In this document: positions 38,681-51,683 of the stretch, piece by piece
Position numbering within the stretch: the stretch's first letter is position 1
Layout: each line of letters begins with the position of its first letter
From: Phoronis australis
Taxonomy: Eukaryota > Animalia > Phoronida
DNA length: 64,000 nucleotides
Assembly (NCBI GenBank): GCA_002633005.1
Contig: NMRA01000100.1
Location: 268,497 to 332,496 of the forward strand
Direction of reading: 5' to 3'
Notes under the pieces: generated by a model
Seen by the model: only the letters and a program-made list of their open reading frames with translations
Database searches by the model: none
Told to the model about the DNA's origin: nothing
Program-made: the position numbers and the translations under genes

Positions 38681-39886
38681 CTGCAAGCCTCAGGTCATCT
38701 ATTCCAAATCCATGAAGCGCCAAAACGTGCTTAAACGAGTCAATGTAATTCTAGGTTGTTAACGCGTATGGGTTTTACACGTTAGCGCTTTAATCTATGG
38801 AATGAGCACAGCGTCACCTTGTGACGGTGCATTTATGACACGATGACAAGTCAATGACGCCGTCGGCCAGTAGTCGAATACGTATCGATGTTCTTAGGAG
38901 AACCAATCAGTGTTAAGGTTATAAAAGTGTGTTGAATAAACCAATCAGATCGTCATGTTTGGACGTGATTGACATCGACAAAAGTGTTAGAAAAGATCGC
39001 CGGCCGCAAGTACAAAGCACGAAATAATTGTGCCACATAGGTGACCAACACGTGTTTAACTCTCTTCACACCTTATACAGCTATCCAAATGCATTCACCT
39101 AATCGACTGTAGGCACCAGTAACCACCAGGAATGGCTCACTTCTCTAACTGTTGTTCAGTAATTCAGAAACGGGGCGGTACTTGACATGCTCAGGAATTT
39201 TTGAGTTATTCCTGACCTGCCTTATTGTATTCGAGGTGACGCTACGCAAGTTCCGTATCAATCTTGGCCTATATATGTATTGAGAACCACGTTAACGAGC
39301 TTCCTACACGCGCACAGAATGTTGCGTGTCTGTTTTTGTTTAGAGTGACGGTAGTGTTCCCGGATCAAAATTCTATCAGATTGAGGTTGCGACATGTTTT
39401 ACATGCAGTTATTCGTTGTCGTTTACACATTCCAGTAGAGGCCCAAACCAGTCATTAAATTTAAAATCGGCCAAATCAACGATAGTGAAGAAGCATACGC
39501 ACTGGAAATTAATTTGAGTACAACCATGTTAGTTGGATATTCAACAGGGCATCATTTTTATGATTGATACAAAAAGGAAATGAAAAACAGATTGACAGCA
39601 GTCATATTAACTGTCTTCCNCCCCCCCCCCCCCCCCCATTAACGGGTCAGTCCAACGGTGTGCTCCTCTGGTGTCATTTCTCCGTCATTGCATTGTTTAT
39701 GTCAACTGCCGCATGACAACATGTTAGTAAGACAGCAACAGTAACTGCTTCTGTCTGTTTCTGAATAATATTCACTCAAAAATGAAAGGGCCCAGTTGCC
39801 ACATTTCAGTAAAGCTGCGTACAAGTCTAAGTAATCTATCCCTTGTTGAACTCCGTGACCCACCAGCTATGGTCGCGTTAAATTGA

Positions 39887-40352
39887 TCTATCGCAAGCTC
39901 CGCCCACTTGCCTAAAGTCGACAAACAAACAATAAGTTTTACCTGACGACGCGTTGTTTGACGGGTAAAATGGCGTCTTGGAAACGAAGGTGTGTCAAAA
40001 ATGTTGCGTTCCGATTGGTCAGTTAAGTCGTCACTTAAAATCTTGGCGTGCGTTCAGTAGACGCTAGGACCTACGCTAGGACCTAGCTAAAACCTAGTCA
40101 AAGTCACATGTTCTAATTTAAAATGCACGGCAATATCTCACGTAATCTCGTGAAGTCTTGCTTTTGAACGGGAGGCTGGCGGTAGATCAATTCACCTATC
40201 GCAAGCTCCGCCCGCTTGCATAATGTTGACTAACAAACAATAACTTTTACCCGGCAACGTGTTGTTTGTCAGGTAAAATGGCGGCTTGGAAACGAAGGTG
40301 TGTAAGGATGATAAGTTCTAAACGGTCAGTTAAGCCGTCACTCAAAATCCTG
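39887..40352. repeat. Two diverged ~160-bp direct units separated by a small MITE
   Basis: ctatcgcaagctccgccc...ggtaaaatggcg(t/g)cttggaaacgaaggtgtgt...ggtcagttaag..gtcact.aaaatc.tggc occurs twice; inverted copy at about 24030-24150. Confidence 0.75.
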
Positions 40353-41723
40353 GCAAACATTCATCGTCGTTGCTCATTGACCCGTTACAAAATAAAATAG
40401 AGCATTAGAGGAGTCAAGCCTGCAGGCATTAACCAAGGTGACGCGTTGGTTCTGAAATAATTACCTTCCTGCCTTTATCTAACGCGCGGAATTGCTTATT
40501 CAACGCGTGCCTTTAATCAGTACACGCACAGTACTTCGCTGGATGACGTCCAATTAAAGACTACAGGAGGTCCAGCAAGGTTCTCCAAGTTTCTAATAAG
40601 TTGTAAACGATTCCCATCGAGCTACTGGGGTTAATAGGTACCTTAAGAATCCGCCACTGGGTTGTCAAGTGAACAAGAGGACAGATTTGAATTATGTTCA
40701 TATCAGTGCTGTTTCCGAAGTTGAAATGAATGCCATCTCTGAGCAAAAGACGAAATTAAATGAATGTTGATGAATATCATAATTTGAAACTTACTTGACC
40801 TCACAAAGTCAATAGTGCCTTCATTAACATGGTCATTTTACAGAACTCGGCAACTACAATCTTCGAAATTCAAACCTTATTCTTCGACGAATGACAAATT
40901 CTGCACGTTGAATATGTAATTCTGCGCGTTGAATAAGCGCGTTAAGGTATTCGTTTCAGAACCAATTCTGCACGGTAAATAGCTAATTCATAGCCTGAGT
41001 GTTGATTAAACAGTTGTGCGCATTGAATGAGCACATTTCAACGTGCAGAACGCTACTCGTTTAAAAAACTGTTGTTGCTTCTAAACAAACGCAGTACTAC
41101 CGCGAGAGTACTATAATTGTGCTTAGTTTTCAGTACACCTCAACGAGCGTTGAACTAATAAGAACATTTCAACCACCAGAAAGGTATTCGTTTAAGAATC
41201 CTTTTGCGCTTCAAACTAATGTGATCTGTTAATTTACAAACCCATCCGTAGATCGGTACCAGACTTGACAAGTCGGGTTGAATCTTGAAAGTCCACCGAG
41301 TCCAACCAGTCACATACAGGCCAAATTGGGAGTAATCGGTAACAATAAAGGCTTTAAATAGTCAACAGAAGTAGTTGTCGCCATGGCAACCCCGTCAGAA
41401 TAGGACGGACTAGACAAGGGAATTCTTTTCATGCCTTGGCAAGGCATGGCAAAGGTAACCCGAAGACAATACCACGCGATAAATATCTGATCCGAGACAG
41501 CATCACTTCTGGCTATCCCTGGCCTCCAAGCACATTTATTCTCCTTGTTTTCCCACCCGGAAAGATATTTCAATCGATATATACCTCGGTCTATGAAACT
41601 CAACTGAAGCGATACCAGAAAGGGGGACATCCACATCTTGCCGGTCTACTCATCCGAGATAATACCTGTGACGTTAGCCATTAGAGGGAAAATGTCACAA
41701 GGAAACTAACGCTCATAAATTAA

Positions 41724-43370
41724 AGGAGCATGTCACCCAAAAAACAACATAATTTGTATCAATTTAGGTCGAGTAGTTCTACTCCATAAGGACACGTACG
41801 GTTGCGTTACCTGACACCTGACAGCAGACGGAGGTGTTGAAATTATCCAATGACGTCATCGGTTTCACACGCAGTCTGTTCAGCAGTTCACAACACTGGT
41901 TACTGGTGTCAGCTTATCGCTTGAAGTAATCGTTTAACACCAATAAATCATCAAACTTCGATGTAAAACCCTTAAAAATACACCGAGTTCTTATAAAGAC
42001 GTGTTGTTTTATTTCGCTCTTACGGATTTATTGGTATTTGGACACACCGTAGCCTACAAAGTTGGCAGGCCAATAAGGTCCATAGCAGGAGTTTGGGGTC
42101 TGTTCGGAGATAATTTCGAAGTATTTTCCGTGCGATACAGACAGAAGAACCAAGATCTGTGTTGTTTAGACTTGTGATTTTTTGAGTTCTAAACACAAAA
42201 CGCATGTTACCATGGCCAGTGGCTCCGAGCCCGATCAGACCCGTCGCGGCCAGCCGGACTGACTCGATATCCCGGCCAGTGGCTTGGAAACTGATCAGAC
42301 ATCACGAACATAAACCAGCCAAAGTTCAGTGGAAAGTAATCTTCCAGTCAAGAAAATACTAAATAGTAGTGAACCAAAGTAATGTGCACTTGATTATGTT
42401 GGTGAATTAGCCACGAAATTGCAAATCTACTTACTCGTCGGGGGACGCGAATTCAGGTTCCGCTTTGGCCACAGCACCGTCAGGGCAGAAGTTGTACATT
42501 GAATATCATTATTTGATGTAATGTCAATGTAAATAAAGATTACCCTAACACCTGGCCGTGGAAATCGAATTGTTTCACAACAGTTTCTGCCAGCAAACAC
42601 TAAATTAGCAAGAGCTCACACGGCCTCGGTGTCCCGTCCACCTAAAGCCAGTAACGCAGTGATTTATTCATGGCTGGCTTCTCAAATCATTTGCACTCAC
42701 GAACACTCCACAGGCATTACAAATTGCATCTAATGAGACAGACTTTGTTTATGTTTTATATAAGTATTGGTTTGGGGGAGAATAATTCATTTTGAAACAG
42801 AACGCTCAGTAATAAACGCCAACATGGCAACTCGCAATCCCGACTTAGGACGAGCCAGAGCTCATCAGTCTCGACTTCCCAGGTGGATCGTAAAGTTTTA
42901 AAGGCTATCAATTCGAACAGGAATACAGTGATGAAGAAATACTGAAGAGGCGCCGTGAACAAGCTCAGACAACGGAACGTATGGAGTTATTTGGTAATTC
43001 GTCAAGCACTGTCGACGTCGGCAGGCCACAGACACGGAGGTGTTTCACGGCCTCATACTTGCTATTTACAGCGTACATTTCATTCTTCGCTACCATGAGC
43101 CACTTCCTAAGCATTTCGGGCTCTCGAGGAAATAAAGAAAACGATATACCCGCAGCTGCTTTGTTCGGACAAGCGGGAACGATGCACCGCAACATAGCGG
43201 CATTCACTCTGCACATGAACCACTGACGTCGCTAGTGTCGTTTCTCACCTTAGTCACAGGTTAACGCGACACCTCTTGGCAAGGTAAGGTCGACCGTATG
43301 CGCCAGGCGATGTGGATATAGACTGATTAAGACGGCAAAAAAGACTAATTAAATCGGGTGGCATTCTCCT
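41724..43370 (-). mobile_element. Internally deleted Kolobok-like transposon carrying a THAP domain
   Basis: ttaa|aggagcatgtcaccc...gggtggcattctcct|ttaa (TTAA TSD, 15-bp TIR). Minus ORF from 43195, MLRCIVPACPNK..GISFSLFPREPEMLRKW...LRVC, is THAP-like. Confidence 0.75.
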
Positions 43371-43605
43371 TTAAGGGCATCAAGACATTTTACGTAATTT
43401 ATGAGCATAATACCATACTTTTATGCCCTTACTTAGCGTTTGGGCACGTGTTAGGTTATGAAGACGTCTACAGTGTATATCAAACAAGCAACAGATAGGC
43501 ATACACACGGAAAATCCGACAATTTTCTCCACACTACGTGCCTCGATAAGACTTGCAATGCACTTATACTCCATATGCCATATACGTTGGAAATTTGCTA
43601 TTCGA

Positions 43606-43875
43606 CATGCGTGCACCCATGGGGGGGGGGTGCTTGCGGGGCTCGAACGAGCCCCCCCGCCCACATTTGGCGAAGTGGGCAAAAAGGTCCGCCTCAAAGA
43701 AACAAAACGTCCGAGAAAACAAGACAAAAGTCCACTAAAAAGGGGCAGACGCACAGTTCACAGTACTGAAGGTGGTACCCCGTTTTTTTAGTCCTCCAGC
43801 TTTTTTGTTAGCAAAACGTCCACTGCGTCAGGAATTCGAGCCCCCCCCCCAAACTAAAGGCTGGGTGCGCGCAGG
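43606..43875. mobile_element. CATGCGCGCAC-family MITE, 5-bp TSD
   Basis: catgcgtgcaccca...tgggtgcgcgcagg; flanks ttcga/ttcca; inverted relative to 20014-20247. Confidence 0.75.
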
Positions 43876-45145
43876 TTCCAACTAGTCAAAAAAAAAACGG
43901 CTTGTGAGCTTCTCGACATCAGGTTTTGCAAACGACGCACCTAACGACTCCAGTGAAACATGGTGCTGAATAACGGACTATGAAATGAACAGGTTTACGT
44001 AATGATCTTTGTTAACGTTTCCGCTAGCAAATAGTACGTTTCCCTTCCGGACGCGTATGTGTCGTTGGCCGCTTCGGGAAAGTGCCGTTCGCCGGTAAAT
44101 CACGCTTGGAAATTACGGGCGTAAAGATACTTTTCACGTTCGTGTTTCGAGGGAACGGTAATTGTTTTTTTTTCTATTTCAAGGTGTCATAAAATTCATC
44201 CAAACAGGAACAGCGTGCAATTGAAATCATTCACCAGTCTTTGATTAAATATTTGTCTCATAGAAAACAAGGAAAATGAGCGAAATATGAAACAATATGT
44301 ACTACAGAAAAAGTAACACGGCAGCTTAGTACTGTAAAAATCATGTTCGAGAAATTCACTATACACATCATTACTAATACAGGTTGGGTGCTCGTAAGCG
44401 CCTAAAAAATGAGGCGCTCGAATTTTTGAGAATGTGGACCTTGAACTTAAAAAAGGTACGTTCAAGGCTATGAAGTGTGCATTCGCCGAATTTTGGTAGT
44501 TCCTGCCTTTTTAGTGGACTTTTGTCTCGCTTTCTACTTTTTCAGACTTTTTGTTTCTCTGAGGTGGACCTTTTTGCCCACTTCGCCAAATGAGGCTCCC
44601 CTGGGTGCGCGCGTGATGCTTGACAATGATTGGCTGCGCTCATTCGCAGCTCCCGACATGTTCACCTCAGCACAGGTAGCACTGAACAGTTAGGCTGCGG
44701 CCACGAGGCATTTTATAGTCCCTAGAATTTAAGTAAAGGCGTGTGTCAGCCAGAGTTTGGTGGCTGTTTTATGGAATGGGTTGAAAATAATTTCAAGGAA
44801 GCTGATTTGCTTGTGCTTTTGAACGAGGAAACCCAAGTTTCTTAGCTGTGACCTACTTTGGATGCAAAATGGTGGCCTGCTGTCGGAGACACCGGGTACG
44901 ATTTCAAGTGGCTGTCAAACAGATCAAAATTGCCAAAAACGTAGCTTGTAAGGGGCGTACTATGACCACATTTTCAAAATCAAGAGAGTACGAACATTCT
45001 GAATCTGCAGTAGTGAGACTTTTTCTAGCGCTTGCAGGGAAGTGCTAATTGTGAGAAGAGAACTCTCAAATTTGGTGTTTTTGGCAATATTTTTGTGTGC
45101 CGGAATTTTTCCAATCTTAATTAACCGATTAAAAATCTGTAGCGT

Positions 45146-46961
45146 CAGTGGCGGATCTACGTTTTCAGTAAGGGGGGGGGTTTAGGATTCCCGCAAAGGT
45201 CGAATCCGAGGCGCGTGGCGCCGAGCGGGGAGGGGGTGGAGGTCGAGTAAGACAACTTTTTGTTTTTGTAGCCAAACAGTGAAATTTCCATGCATCCTGG
45301 TACTTTTCTGGCACTTGACATGTCCCTGGAGTTTTTCTTAAGATAATTAAAAACCCTTCTCGATTTTTGGCTCATAAGTTTCGTGAAACCATATTTGTGC
45401 ACATCTGGGTATGAGTCACGCCACCAGCAAAAATTTTCGTTGGAACATCTGCTTACACACACCTTTTTAGCATACGAAAGAGTGTGGTGTGTATACAGGG
45501 GTTTAGACAACTACCAAACATTGAAGAGCATAAGGAGCACCCACGGGGCGTAAAAACTTGAATATCAGATGATCGCAACAGCCTCAAGCTGTTTAAGAAT
45601 GAAGACCTGTACTGTTAGTACGGAAATAAACATNNNNNNNNNNNNNNNNNNNNNNNNNNNNNNNNNNNNNNNNNNNNNNNNNNNNNNNNNNNNNNNNNNN
45701 NGGTTTGCTTGTCTTAGAACCATTCTACCCAGACATCTTCGACGTTTGTTCCCAACGCTTGCACTTCGTCAACTGTTGTGTCAATGACCTTGTCCACCTC
45801 TACAATGTCAGCATCTCGTTTCGCAGCTCAGTTGGCACTAAGCCCCCTGAGGTTACCAAGTCCATTCAAAAGACTTACAACATGCTCAACTAAATTTGTT
45901 CCGTTCATCATGGACTACTTCAAACCTTGACGATGTATCCCAGGACCCATTTGCATCTCTTGCAACTTTCGAAATAAACGTCCCAATGTGTGAACGCTTG
46001 AAACCCGAAGTACTAACATCAAATAAATGCCCATGGGCATGGGCGTTTCGTCGCGTGGGCCTTTCTGCGGAAATCATCTCAGTAGGGCCTATAGAAAACC
46101 TCACTGGTGCTTATTGCAGGTAGAAAGACGGTAGGCGGTTGAGGTCGGCATTAGAGCTCCTTAGAAGGCCCATTGAACATCGCACGAGTCCCGCAAGACT
46201 TTGTTGTGAAAATACAGCCTCCCCGCAATTTCTGGTACTGTACACTGTTCGCGAATGCGGTCACTTTGTTAATGTGAGTGCCCTCTTGGTCATTCCTTGT
46301 ATAGTCATAACTTGTTAGAGTTCTATGATCTTCAAACAGACTCGCCACCAGACCACGGCGCCCGCCACAATAGCAATTCTTCGGAAAACGAGTTTTTTTT
46401 TTCAAAAGTATTACATGTACACGTACACTGTATGATATTGCGCAAGACAACTTTACAATACACCAGTCAAACGTGTGGGGTGTAATAGGATGACACGGCA
46501 TGACAGATGAGGTAAAAACGTTGCCCATCAATTCGCCTGAATATCAGGGTTGCGGCACCACAGTATTTCCCCTAATCAAATCAAAACATATCTTAGAGTA
46601 AAGAAACTAGCTACCTAAAGAAATCAGCTATAGGGCTGCTTTTTCAGTGGTGGATGCTTGGCTACTTCAGAAATGTCGTCGGAAGCGCGCGCACAATTGA
46701 TCTGCGGGGTTTTGCCGATGAGCCACGAAGACTCGAAACGCGTTGATTTTCATAACAGCAATTCACAATGCAAAAAATATATTTTCAGAGTGAACCCCCC
46801 TCCTCTCATTTTTTCCAAGTTGGTTTACTCAGGGTTTACACACGCTGGCGGTGCCGTTTTTGTTTTGCTGGAGACGTTTTTTTTTTTTTTTTTAATTTTT
46901 GGGTCCTGGCCCGAGGGGGGGGTTTAAACCCCCTGAACCCCCCCCCGTAGATCCGCCTCTG
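45146..46961 (-). mobile_element. hAT5-like transposon derivative with degraded hAT transposase and 5-bp TSD
   Basis: TIR cagtggcggatctacg...cgtagatccgcctctg; flanks agcgt/agcgt. Minus 45705-46100 reads VVSLLNGLGNLRGLSAN*..DADIVEVDKVIDTTVDEVQALGTNVEDVWVEWF, like hAT (ZMYM1/THAP12-type) transposase cores. Contains an N gap at 45634-45701. Confidence 0.75.
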
Positions 46962-49086
46962 AGCGTACTTAAGTTTCAGTTATCATGAGTTGTGCTTGTG
47001 AGTTGGGAATGCTACAAAACCCTTTGTTTTTTCAGACTCTTGATTAGGACGTGAGGAGAGGACTCCCCCCTACTTCGGTGTGCGTCGGCAACCAAAACCC
47101 TGTAATAACAGTAAGCCTAGTGTGCCGCCACAGCTACCAGCAGGCCGCCATCCTGTGACTATGCAGTAAGCTTTGAACGCCTGACGTTGGAGATAGTTCA
47201 AAAGGTCAATAGTTCGACTAAAGTCGTTCACTACAGTTCAAATTATAGATAGTATAGTTCCAACGATGGTTCCAGCTGCAAACGGACAATGGAATCCAGG
47301 GTACCACGCGAGAAGGATTTGGACATGCGCTGTAACTGACTAGGTTTTACTATGCGTCGTAAGACACCCCATTTACTATCTCAACAAACTAAATCCATAC
47401 TTCTCTTTTTCTTATATTTCGATCCAACATCGAACTTTTTCACAAGTACATTACCTGATGGCGCCGATGTACATGTTCTGAATACGTTCGACATCGGCCA
47501 ATCAACTTAGGCCACGCCCACGTTAGTTACCATTGCAAAGTTCCACGAGAGCAAAGGAGATATGGCGGAAGTACCTTGCATACGCACTACAACAACACAC
47601 AATGTGCTCTCGGTGATATTTCACTGAAACTGTTTCCTCTACGGAGCCACAGAATTGGAGGTCCAAAGGATAAATTAATCGTTACACCGTACAACGGTAT
47701 CTCTACGATTCCACGTGTCTAAGCCAAGTGAACATCACCTAGAAGTAAGATGCAGTCCCTATAGCGGTTTTGCAGCGAAGCATTTGGGTATGCTGGTGAG
47801 TTAGTCCATAGCACAATTGAGACGGTATGGAAAAAAACTGCCTTCACGGGATTAAGGCCCACCCAAACGCCAAAAAGCAGTGACCTGAGCAGCCGTTCTC
47901 AGTGAGCTCGACGAGTGTTAACCGCACACAGCGCTGGCTGACCTTGTTACGTGTTCGTTGCGAACAGTGCCGATGTACTATTCATTGTATTTAAAACACG
48001 TATGTAGTCTAGACAACAGATATCATTGAACAGGGTGGTTGAATAATGGCGATATCAGCTGATACTTTCGTTTGATAATTTAACATGATCATAGTTTCAG
48101 GTAAACATCCCCTATCACAGGACCAGTAGCGGGTACTTACGGTACAAGTAAACTGAATAATTTCTTACTGTTGATGTGTGTTGTTCATATTACAGTCAGC
48201 AAATCTTAGCTAACTATGCATTCACTGAAATAATATCAAATGTTTCAATTTCTTATTAAATAATGTACGCTGCTTTATCATGTAGGCCATCCGATTCTCA
48301 ATTCATATAAAATCATGGCGCAGTGGATTTCACCAAATCGGAGGAGGTTTCCCTTGGACTAGGTCCCCGCAGCGCCTCATGAGTGAATGAGGTGGTACTA
48401 TGACGCTCCCGGCTGTGAACAACGCTTTTCTGACAAAACGTGTATTTAGTTGTAATGAGCGACCTTCAGTCTACAGGTTGCGCGACCGTCTCGTCCACGG
48501 CTGCACACTTAGAATTGTCAAACAACGTGTGGAATTCGACGACATTTTGAGATGCTCAACAGTAGTTTGGTAAGGATACAATTTACAAGAAATTATCAAG
48601 TACAGAAATTCTCGCTTAGAATAACTTTAATACCCGATGTTACAAGAGAATTCCCGCTTTTTCGTCTGGTTGAACGTGGAAATAACCTGACCGTAACATA
48701 CTGCACTGGTGTTGGCTTAAGAAGTAAATGGGGATACCAAGTCAGAAGCTGCAGGTCCCACCAATCCAAATATTTGGTGAATGACTTTGCCGCCGAACGT
48801 CGTTTTTTAATTAAGGACAAATCGTACCGTTTTGAACAATGATTACTAATAATGCAACTCATGTGGCCTCTGTGATTAACAGGAACCCCAACGAAAGACA
48901 AGGTTGCTCAAACGATGCATGGTTAACAAACAAATACAACACTAAGAACAAGATTTCTTTCTTCACTCGATCTATATCAGCCCTAAAAGCAATTTTATCT
49001 GACTCATTGATCAGCGGAAGACATTCTAGTAAACCGGCAAAATGTGTACGCAGGAGACCACAAAGTCACAAAAACTATGATAGGTG

Positions 49087-49240
49087 CAGGGGCGGATCCA
49101 GGATTTTGAGTTGGGGGGCATGGCAGAGTATTAGCCATGATTTTGCCCGCCAGACATTCGCACCCCCATCTGACATATGTAAACTAGGAGAATTTTAGGG
49201 GGGGCATGGCCCCCTTGGCCCCCCTCTAAATCCGCCACTG
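49087..49240. mobile_element. Non-autonomous hAT5-like MITE
   Basis: caggggcggatcca...taaatccgccactg; flanks aggtg/cggtg (4/5). Confidence 0.7.
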
Positions 49241-50208
49241 CGGTGGGCGACTAATAACAAGAGATTGCAAATGTACAACAGCCGGCTACGACACCGAGAG
49301 GGTTCATCTTCTGTGAAGAGTCGATTAGTAAACCTCCAAACTCCGCAAGAACCGCCGTGTAAACCGTATTCGTCGGTGGCGGCCTTAAAAAATCGGACAA
49401 CAATGTTTATCCTTGGAATGCTGAAAAGTGTTAACCACGTTTACATGTACTGCGGTACATAACCATGTGAAAATTAAAGGTTTTAGATCTTAAATCATTA
49501 GAAAGCGATTGTTGAATGAATCATCTTAAGCCAGAAAAATGTTTCAAGGTCGTTCTTCATTGAAAGTGAGTCAAAACTAGCAAATCATGTATCTCACGAC
49601 TAATAAATATGATCATTTGATATGAATATTGAAGATGAATATTTTATCATGTGTAGCACAAAGAACAGCTAATATATCATATTCATATTCATAAGAGCCA
49701 TACAAATATATAATTTTATGCATTTCATCAAGATTTATTCCAAACCAGTGTTTCGTGCAACTCCCTGTTGCCAGAAATTTGTAATATTCGAGATCTGCTG
49801 GGTGACGCTTACCGCCATGACACATGCTCGCCTTAACCAATCATAAGAACGCATAGGTAGGTCAAAGGTTGCAAAGCTTGGACTAGCTACTACGTGGCAT
49901 CAGCTTGAGCTCGAAGTCTCCAGAGTAATATTGGTCAAGATTGCAATAAATCACAGTAATTGGAACTTCTGGAATTCACAATCCATGGACAGCGCACAAT
50001 AGGGGTGTGTGGGGCTCCTCACTTATTTCAGTGCAGCACCGCCCATCAGCATGGGCGGCCCGTGCGCACCATATAGGAAGCTGGGGGAGCTATAGCCCCC
50101 CTCCCACTTATTCCCGTGCTGTGCTGCCCATGCAGTCTACAGTGTGCGAGTGGTAGCTGGGTCACCGGGGTCGCAGCTGTCTGTTTACTTGTACACCTAC
50201 AATGAAAA

Positions 50209-50795
50209 GGCCGGTCGGCGCATCGACCCATGAGTGACCGTCAAGCGCTTCTTATTAATCTTCAGATGTTTGCCAATACACATCTATTTGTCAGTGGAGT
50301 CCTACGTAGCAGTAAAATAAGACGGAGGACAACAACGGTATACAACACATATTTTCACTGTTCCCTGACCCAGGCACCAACATCTGATACAGTGCAGTGA
50401 TTATATTCACCTTTTCACACACCCCTAGTCAGAATAACAATTTCAGAACATTCAATCATGAAATAAATCACTGGTGTGTTCACGGGCACAATTTGTGAGG
50501 TACAACAATGGAACAACCTTAAAGTCATCCACTTACAAGCGAAAATGTGGAACTCTGTAAAAATTCCAACTTTTTCACACTTTGAAAGTATTCATAAGAA
50601 CATCCCGGACGGGAAAATGGAAAAAATCGATTGCGATCTAAACTTCCCTCAACAGAGTGCAAATTCCATTGCAAGACAAGCAGGCGATCAGCACACTTCT
50701 TCTAACACCATTTTAGGAACACAAAATGTGTGAAAAATAATTTCGAAAAATTATATGAAATTGGTATCAGCAACCTCTCAATACTCCTGGTCGTC
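50209..50795 (+). repeat. Interspersed repeat, copy of 16688-17530 without the nested MITE
   Basis: Collinear similarity. Confidence 0.85.
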
Positions 50796-50809
50796 CTCAA
50801 GGCAAACTG

Positions 50810-51170
50810 GGAACAACATACCTCGTATTTCCTGGGTATGCCGCATACGTACATTCTTTGAAAACCAGCTTCAGGCATCCTTGCTGTATCTCTAACGTTG
50901 TTCGGGCCTGAGCCATCATATATTTTGCCCAAGTTGATTGAAGGAATGTTCTCAACTCTCCGTTGACGACAACCAGACTACTTCAAATTTCATATTTCAG
51001 CATCCAGCCAGAACCGATGGCAAAGCTTGTAGGAATGGTCAAATCATTGACCAAAGCCCGGTATGAAGGTATCATCACTCTTTGGAATGAAGCTCCCCTG
51101 TATTCCTTGACTGCTTTTAACCGCTAATTAGTCGGCAACACGGAAAGGACAAGGGAAATAGTAGAGACTG
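50810..51170 (-). mobile_element. HERO/R2-group non-LTR retrotransposon RT remnant
   Basis: IPSYRALVNDLTIPTSFAIGSGWML (cf. RAFMDDLT), SSLVVVNG, NIPSINLGKIYDGS..NNVRDTARM..AGFQRM..CGIPRKYEVC. Confidence 0.6.
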
Positions 51171-51339
51171 TCCTGAAATGCTGTGGAAAAGCTCTTGATA
51201 ATGATTCAAGGAAACATTTTCTTCACTTTTATTCGAAAAATTGAAATGAGTTGTTGTAATGTTGTTATCGTCGACGGCCGCTATAAAGCAAACTCCGACC
51301 TGTATCTAACTTGGTCGCGGTGTCCTCAGTCGTGTGAGC

Positions 51340-51520
51340 GAAATGAAGTACCCAGTAATTAAAACTCTTTGTCTGTACACCGGTGTGATGAAAACGAAAG
51401 AACTTGTTTGTCGCCACGTCTGGTGGTCTTGGGATGAAGATTGCGAAGTGGAAAAGCACGTGAAAAGCTTCCATGTTTGCCAGCTGGTCAGTCACGTGTG
51501 TAAAACGCAACCTACGAAAC
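51340..51520 (+). mobile_element. Gypsy-type integrase zinc-binding domain fragment
   Basis: TGVMKTKELVCRHVWWSWDEDCEVEKHVKSFHVCQ matches H.G..KTK.L.R..VWWP.....VE..VKSC..CQ. Confidence 0.65.
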
Positions 51521-51683
51521 GTCATGCTAGAACTAACGAGTTACCGGTACCCATTGTAAAACGGAATTCAGCACATCCTTGGGAACACGAAACTGTTGAT
51601 GAAGAACAAAACAGTGATACTCTGTAAGATAAATTGTTTCACCCGACCTTGTGACAAGAAGTTGTGGTATTGGCCTGTGTTTA

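Noticed and set aside
40440-41220. Inverted repeats around an ORF containing RDGIHFN (SGNH-like)
   Set aside because: The motif is too short and the repeats too degenerate to classify.
41300-41690. Possible LINE endonuclease remnant (DRQGN..RHGKG)
   Set aside because: Too decayed to support a family call.
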